Below are positions 8,289-11,900 of a DNA stretch of 11,900 bases, piece by piece. This stretch comes from Bdellovibrionales bacterium (lineage in GTDB: Bacteria; Bdellovibrionota; Bdellovibrionia; Bdellovibrionales; DASUEL01). Positions within the stretch are counted from its first letter, which is position 1. Every line of letters begins with the position of its first letter. The notes below the pieces were generated by a model. It worked only from the letters and a program-made list of their open reading frames with translations. It made no database searches and had not been told where the DNA came from. The position numbers and the translations under genes were made by a program. The stretch is taken from NCBI GenBank assembly GCA_050250255.1, contig JBFWOZ010000068.1, positions 1 through 11,900 on the forward strand, given 5' to 3'.

Positions 8289-8969
8289 ATGGGATTCATT
8301 CGTTTAGTCACTGTCATCGGTTTTATGAGTTTGTGGAGCTTGTCCTCTTACGCGCAGGCCCCTAAATTTGCTCCTAAAGGTATTAGTGGATATGTAGGTG
8401 CTGGCTTCGCCAATTTCACCGTAAAAAATCCCCCCCAACAATTCAAATTAGATCAAGGCGTTTACATGAACTTAGGCGGAGAGCGCGGTTTTGGTTTTAT
8501 GAACCTTTACCTCACCTTTGGCTTTGGTTACTTAAGCACAAAAGGTCAAACCTATTACGACTACACCACTTTGAGCGGCAATATCTATCAGGCCGCCGAT
8601 GTGAACTTTAAAAGCGACATCTTCCAAACAGGCTTAGGACTCAAATTAAAGTTGATCGATGGTTATTGGTTTAAACCTTACGTCGAAGGTGGCGGTAACT
8701 TTGGTTACTACACGATCAAGTACGAATTTAGTTCGACTCAAAAAACGCAACTCGCTCTTGCAGGTTCTAATTATAAAAAAGAAGATTCCATTATCGATTT
8801 TGGACATTACATGGAAGCTGGAGCCGAGATCGCTTTCTCCAACTCTTTTGCTCTACGAGCCGCGGCTCGTCTGATTCGTTCAGAGACCAAAGAAGTGGAA
8901 ACTCTGAACAAACAGAAGATTAATTATGAGAGCGAGATTTATTATCTCGGTCTCATGAAGTCGTTTTAG
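8289..8969 (+). CDS. Outer-membrane beta-barrel protein (probably a small 8-stranded OmpA/OmpW-like barrel)
   Basis: Signal peptide ending SSYA, strand motifs YVGAG and FKPYVEGGG, and a C-terminal YYLGLMKSF. Its stop overlaps the divIVA stop (TTAG, 8966-8969). Confidence 0.8.
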   Translation: MGFIRLVTVIGFMSLWSLSSYAQAPKFAPKGISGYVGAGFANFTVKNPPQQFKLDQGVYMNLGGERGFGFMNLYLTFGFGYLSTKGQTYYDYTTLSGNIYQAADVNFKSDIFQTGLGLKLKLIDGYWFKPYVEGGGNFGYYTIKYEFSSTQKTQLALAGSNYKKEDSIIDFGHYMEAGAEIAFSNSFALRAAARLIRSETKEVETLNKQKINYESEIYYLGLMKSF

Positions 8970-9463
8970 AGTCTTGGGCTTTGGGATTTAGAATCCATCC
9001 CTACCGGATCTAAGAAATCCTTGTTCTCTTCATCTAAAATAGACAAATAGCTCTGAAGCATAGATTTGAGACGAGTCTCAAAAGCCATTCTCACACGCTT
9101 TAAATCTCCAATTTCCTGATAGATTTTTTTGAGTGAATCTCTGGCATCTTTCACGATGATTTCTGCTTTTTGATTGGCATCATTGGTGATGAGCTTTGCT
9201 TCTCTTTCCGCATCGCTGCGAATGTTTTCGGCCATCTTATGGGCCGTCGTGATCGTGTCTTTTAACACTTGGTCGCGCTCTTTGAATTCCATGAGGGAGA
9301 GTTCTTTTTCTCTCATTCTCTCGCGGAGTTCATTTTTTTCTTTAATGAGAAGCTCCATTTCTTCGGCCACAGCTCTGAGAAAGTCTGTGACTTCATCACC
9401 GTCAATTCCCATCCATTTTTGCTTGAAAGACTTATGGGCTATATCAATTGGAGCTATCTTCAT
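8966..9463 (-). CDS. divIVA: DivIVA-domain coiled-coil protein
   Basis: N-terminal MKIAPIDIAHKSF....MG.D.DEV.DFL..VA DivIVA signature, then a coiled coil (A..EA.LI...A). GGAGGG RBS. Confidence 0.92.
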   Translation of the reverse strand: MKIAPIDIAHKSFKQKWMGIDGDEVTDFLRAVAEEMELLIKEKNELRERMREKELSLMEFKERDQVLKDTITTAHKMAENIRSDAEREAKLITNDANQKAEIIVKDARDSLKKIYQEIGDLKRVRMAFETRLKSMLQSYLSILDEENKDFLDPVGMDSKSQSPRL

Positions 9464-9681
9464 TTTCCCTCCCTAGAAAAATCGAGACACAACTCCAGTC
9501 TATGAGATAGCAAAAGCCCACCGCAACTTTTGATGCTGATATTGGACCCTAAGCCTGACTTTAGTCGGGGTTCGTCTCAGGGTGAGACAGCAAACCCACG
9601 TTATATTGGAGTACTTCTTACGGCTCTTAGTCCAAGTCGGTTTTGTGTTAAAATCAAAACTGTCACAGCGGGGGTTCACTC

Positions 9682-10329
9682 GTGCTAGCGAGTTGGTTCA
9701 GTTTTATTCTTTTTTTAGGCATCAGTGTTTTTAACATGAATGCCTCCGCCCAATCACCACTCAAAGAAGCCGTTAACAATTGCACTCAATCTTACCGAAG
9801 CGCCGCGAAACTTCGCTGCGAAGACCTTGTAGAACAACTTGATACCTACCGCGACATCACAAACCTTAACGAATCCGGCAGAGCTTGCTCGCGCAATACC
9901 CGAATCTTCGCTTCTATTTTAGATCGAAGTTTTAAATGCAAAAGTTTAGGGAAAGGGCTCACGAGTTGCACCGCTCAGTGTGCAAAAGCGAATCGAAAAA
10001 TTCAAAGTCCAGCCGTTCAAAATTCCAGCGTTTATCCCCAAGACTTACTCGAGCGCCTCTCTCAAAAAATGGTAGAGAATTCTCGTTACTGCAGTCGCAT
10101 GGTGGCACTGGTCGAAGCACAGAAGGTTTCCGCAGTCACTCCACCTTCTTGCGACGTCAACGTAGTCGCAGTCCGGGCAGAACGTCTTGATCCACGTCCT
10201 CGATCATCTGCTTCCGATTTTCCTCGCACTGTGGTCCCACCACCAGCAGCACCGCCTGTTCGCGAAGAAGAGGAAACCGTGGTGTCCAAAGATATCCCCG
10301 ACGATGGTTTTGTCCCAATTTCCAAGTAA
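9682..10329 (+). CDS. Hypothetical secreted protein with 8 Cys and a Pro/acidic low-complexity tail
   Basis: GTG start, signal peptide ending NASA, an even number of Cys, and a PPPAAPP/EEEE tail. It ends 2 nt from the convergent doc stop. Confidence 0.7.
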   Translation: MLASWFSFILFLGISVFNMNASAQSPLKEAVNNCTQSYRSAAKLRCEDLVEQLDTYRDITNLNESGRACSRNTRIFASILDRSFKCKSLGKGLTSCTAQCAKANRKIQSPAVQNSSVYPQDLLERLSQKMVENSRYCSRMVALVEAQKVSAVTPPSCDVNVVAVRAERLDPRPRSSASDFPRTVVPPPAAPPVREEEETVVSKDIPDDGFVPISK

Positions 10330-10331
10330 TC

Positions 10332-10712
10332 TTAAACTGACTTCATATGTTTTTCGAGCCAATCAGCAATTTCATCAATATCAATTTTACGTTTAATGAC
10401 TCGCTCAATAATAAAAGACTCTCCATTGTCCGCATCTACTTTTAAGCGATACCCATTCATTCTTAAAAAAATGGCAGTAGTAGCAAAAGCGACACGCTTA
10501 TTACCATCTACGAAGGCATGATTTTGAGTCAAACTTTGCAAGAGAGCCGCGGCTTCCAGTGATAAACTTTTATAATATCCCGTTTGGGGCCGCATGAGAG
10601 CGCTTTCAAGTAGCCCCATGTCTCTCACTCCACCTTTACCACCGAATCGCTCAATCAATCTTTGATGAAGTTCTAACGTCTCCGCTAAAGTGGGATAAAG
10701 TTTCACTTTCAT
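10332..10712 (-). CDS. doc: Doc (death-on-curing) family toxin, Fic/Doc fold
   Basis: Doc-type motif HAFVDGNKR and GG..GVRD.GLLESAL.RP. ATGA overlap with the upstream antitoxin. Confidence 0.93.
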   Translation of the reverse strand: MKVKLYPTLAETLELHQRLIERFGGKGGVRDMGLLESALMRPQTGYYKSLSLEAAALLQSLTQNHAFVDGNKRVAFATTAIFLRMNGYRLKVDADNGESFIIERVIKRKIDIDEIADWLEKHMKSV

Positions 10713-10921
10713 TTTGCGAGTCGCTTAAGAAGGTCTGCATGATCATCTAGAATTTCGTCCATAGCGTTACGAAAAGCAGGGCGCAGCTTCGAGCGCTGAA
10801 GGTATTCAGCAACCGCCTCACTCACAACACTAGAAATACTTCGATCAGCTGCGTTCACATAGGATTTAAGATCCTTAAGAACTTTCTCATCAATTTGAGT
10901 CGCAAATTTTTTAAGTTTCAT
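10709..10921 (-). CDS. Ribbon-helix-helix (CopG-like) antitoxin of Doc
   Basis: N-terminal strand KKFATQID followed by two helices (SISSVVSEAVAEYL). The C-terminal HADLLKRLAK resembles Doc-neutralising helices. Translationally coupled to doc. Confidence 0.8.
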   Translation of the reverse strand: MKLKKFATQIDEKVLKDLKSYVNAADRSISSVVSEAVAEYLQRSKLRPAFRNAMDEILDDHADLLKRLAK

Positions 10922-10927
10922 ATTCTT

Positions 10928-10960
10928 ATATTTCTTGAAATTTCATGAAATGTCAAGAAA
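10928..10960 (-). promoter_or_regulatory. Promoter and triple-box operator of the RHH/Doc operon
   Basis: Three adjacent 10-mers, TTTCTTGAAA, TTTCATGAAA and TGTCAAGAAA (10931-10960), form a 30-bp palindrome with one mismatched pair. It contains a perfect TTGACA (10956-10951), then a 17-nt spacer and AAATAT (10933-10928). Confidence 0.75.
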
Positions 10961-11168
10961 AACTATTGGCATCACTCGTTGACAAAAACCAACTCGTCTC
11001 CAGACAAAGCATTCTATCCGACGGGACAAGCAAGATTACAAATTTCTAATTCCCTCGTCGTACGACGTCTCTATCTCTGGCACCGCTTGTTCAGTGAATA
11101 AGCATATCTATTGCATTAAGACATAAACCAAACGATAGAAGTCACCTTTTGAAATAGGAGCCGTCTAG

Positions 11169-11900
11169 ATGATTAACAAACTAAAAAATGTCGTCCTTTT
11201 TTTGTCACTGTCTTTTTCTGCGACATGTTGGGCACAAACTGCCTGTGAACCATCAATCGCAGATAGAATCCAAAAATTTCGCCCAGACATTGCTTATCTG
11301 ATGCAAAATCCTGATAAACAAGTTGATTACGCTGTACAGGACTCCTTACCCATAACAGGCTATGGAGCAGTAAACCCTAACATTCGTCAAGACAGGTCCT
11401 GCCTCACCGTTTACAGAGGAATTGCTATCCCTCCAGAAAAGTATGACTCACAATTCAGCAAGTTTAAATTAGGTGGAGCCCCCAATCAAATGTACACTTC
11501 TCTCTTACTAGATGAAGCCTACCTTTACGCATCCAATGAAGGGGGTAAAACAGCCAAAACAGATGGCCAAGAGGGTATTATTATCGAATATCAATTTCCA
11601 ATGTTTCTACCTCTAAATCGCGCTAACGTCCCCATCCGCACAATTGATGTCCATCAAATTATTGATCGAAATACGGTACCTGATGACTCACCATTTATTC
11701 GTAGAATTGGTATTTTAAAACAAAATCATCGAAGACAAAGCCCCGAACAGATTGACCAAGCAATTCGGACTCAAATTAAATGGTATACGTTTGATGAGAT
11801 TCGAGCTCGGCTTCCATTAGTTAAGCCCTCTCCTCATATCGTTTTTAACTCTGAAGGAAAGTTCATTAACAATATTGTACAGCGTGAGGTAGATCGGAAG
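11169..11900 (+). CDS. Secreted hypothetical protein with ADP-ribosyltransferase-fold-like motifs; open for 244 codons to the window end (partial, absent from the ORF track)
   Basis: AGGAG RBS and ATG at 11169. Signal peptide MINKLKNVVLFLSLSFSATCWA. No stop before 11900. Motifs LTVYRG, MYTS.....A..YA and GIIIEYQFP. Confidence 0.75.
   Translation, partial: MINKLKNVVLFLSLSFSATCWAQTACEPSIADRIQKFRPDIAYLMQNPDKQVDYAVQDSLPITGYGAVNPNIRQDRSCLTVYRGIAIPPEKYDSQFSKFKLGGAPNQMYTSLLLDEAYLYASNEGGKTAKTDGQEGIIIEYQFPMFLPLNRANVPIRTIDVHQIIDRNTVPDDSPFIRRIGILKQNHRRQSPEQIDQAIRTQIKWYTFDEIRARLPLVKPSPHIVFNSEGKFINNIVQREVDRK

Noticed and set aside
9065..9082. TTTGAGAC-GA-GTCTCAAA palindrome inside divIVA
   Set aside because: It lies in coding sequence with half-sites oriented opposite to the upstream dyad, so it may be chance.
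9464..9681. c-di-GMP or other known riboswitch upstream of divIVA
   Set aside because: GCAAACC is present, but I could not find the rest of the c-di-GMP-I consensus (GNRA loop, GACGCAAAG) on either strand.
392..10396. Numerous short antisense or alternate-frame ORFs (e.g. 392..850, 817..1101, 5767..6033, 7632..8150, 9174..9476, 10086..10325)
   Set aside because: They lie largely or wholly inside well-supported genes and show no independent motifs.

Overview
Bacterial chromosomal window from a diderm. A Bdellovibrionota-like predator is my inference, from DivIVA sitting beside outer-membrane beta-barrel genes, a secreted RCC1-repeat protein and several signal-peptide orphans. From left to right: (1) the probable left end of an IS4-family insertion sequence (1-122) that truncates a secreted RCC1-repeat gene; (2) a thyA-folA operon head-to-head with a SAMHD1-like HD phosphohydrolase; (3) an orphan secreted protein with a good sigma54 promoter; (4) a perfect 24-bp inverted repeat and a toxin-first HigBA/RelE-type TA pair; (5) a TetA-like MFS transporter fused to a C-terminal rhodanese domain; (6) two beta-barrel OMP genes flanking an uncalled 35-aa highly basic ORF with a Thx-like N-terminus; (7) divIVA; (8) a Cys-rich secreted orphan; (9) an RHH-antitoxin/Doc TA pair with a triple-box operator; (10) an uncalled, window-truncated secreted protein with ADP-ribosyltransferase-fold motifs. 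I saw no rRNA, tRNA or CRISPR array. All family calls come from motif recognition by eye, with no database searches.
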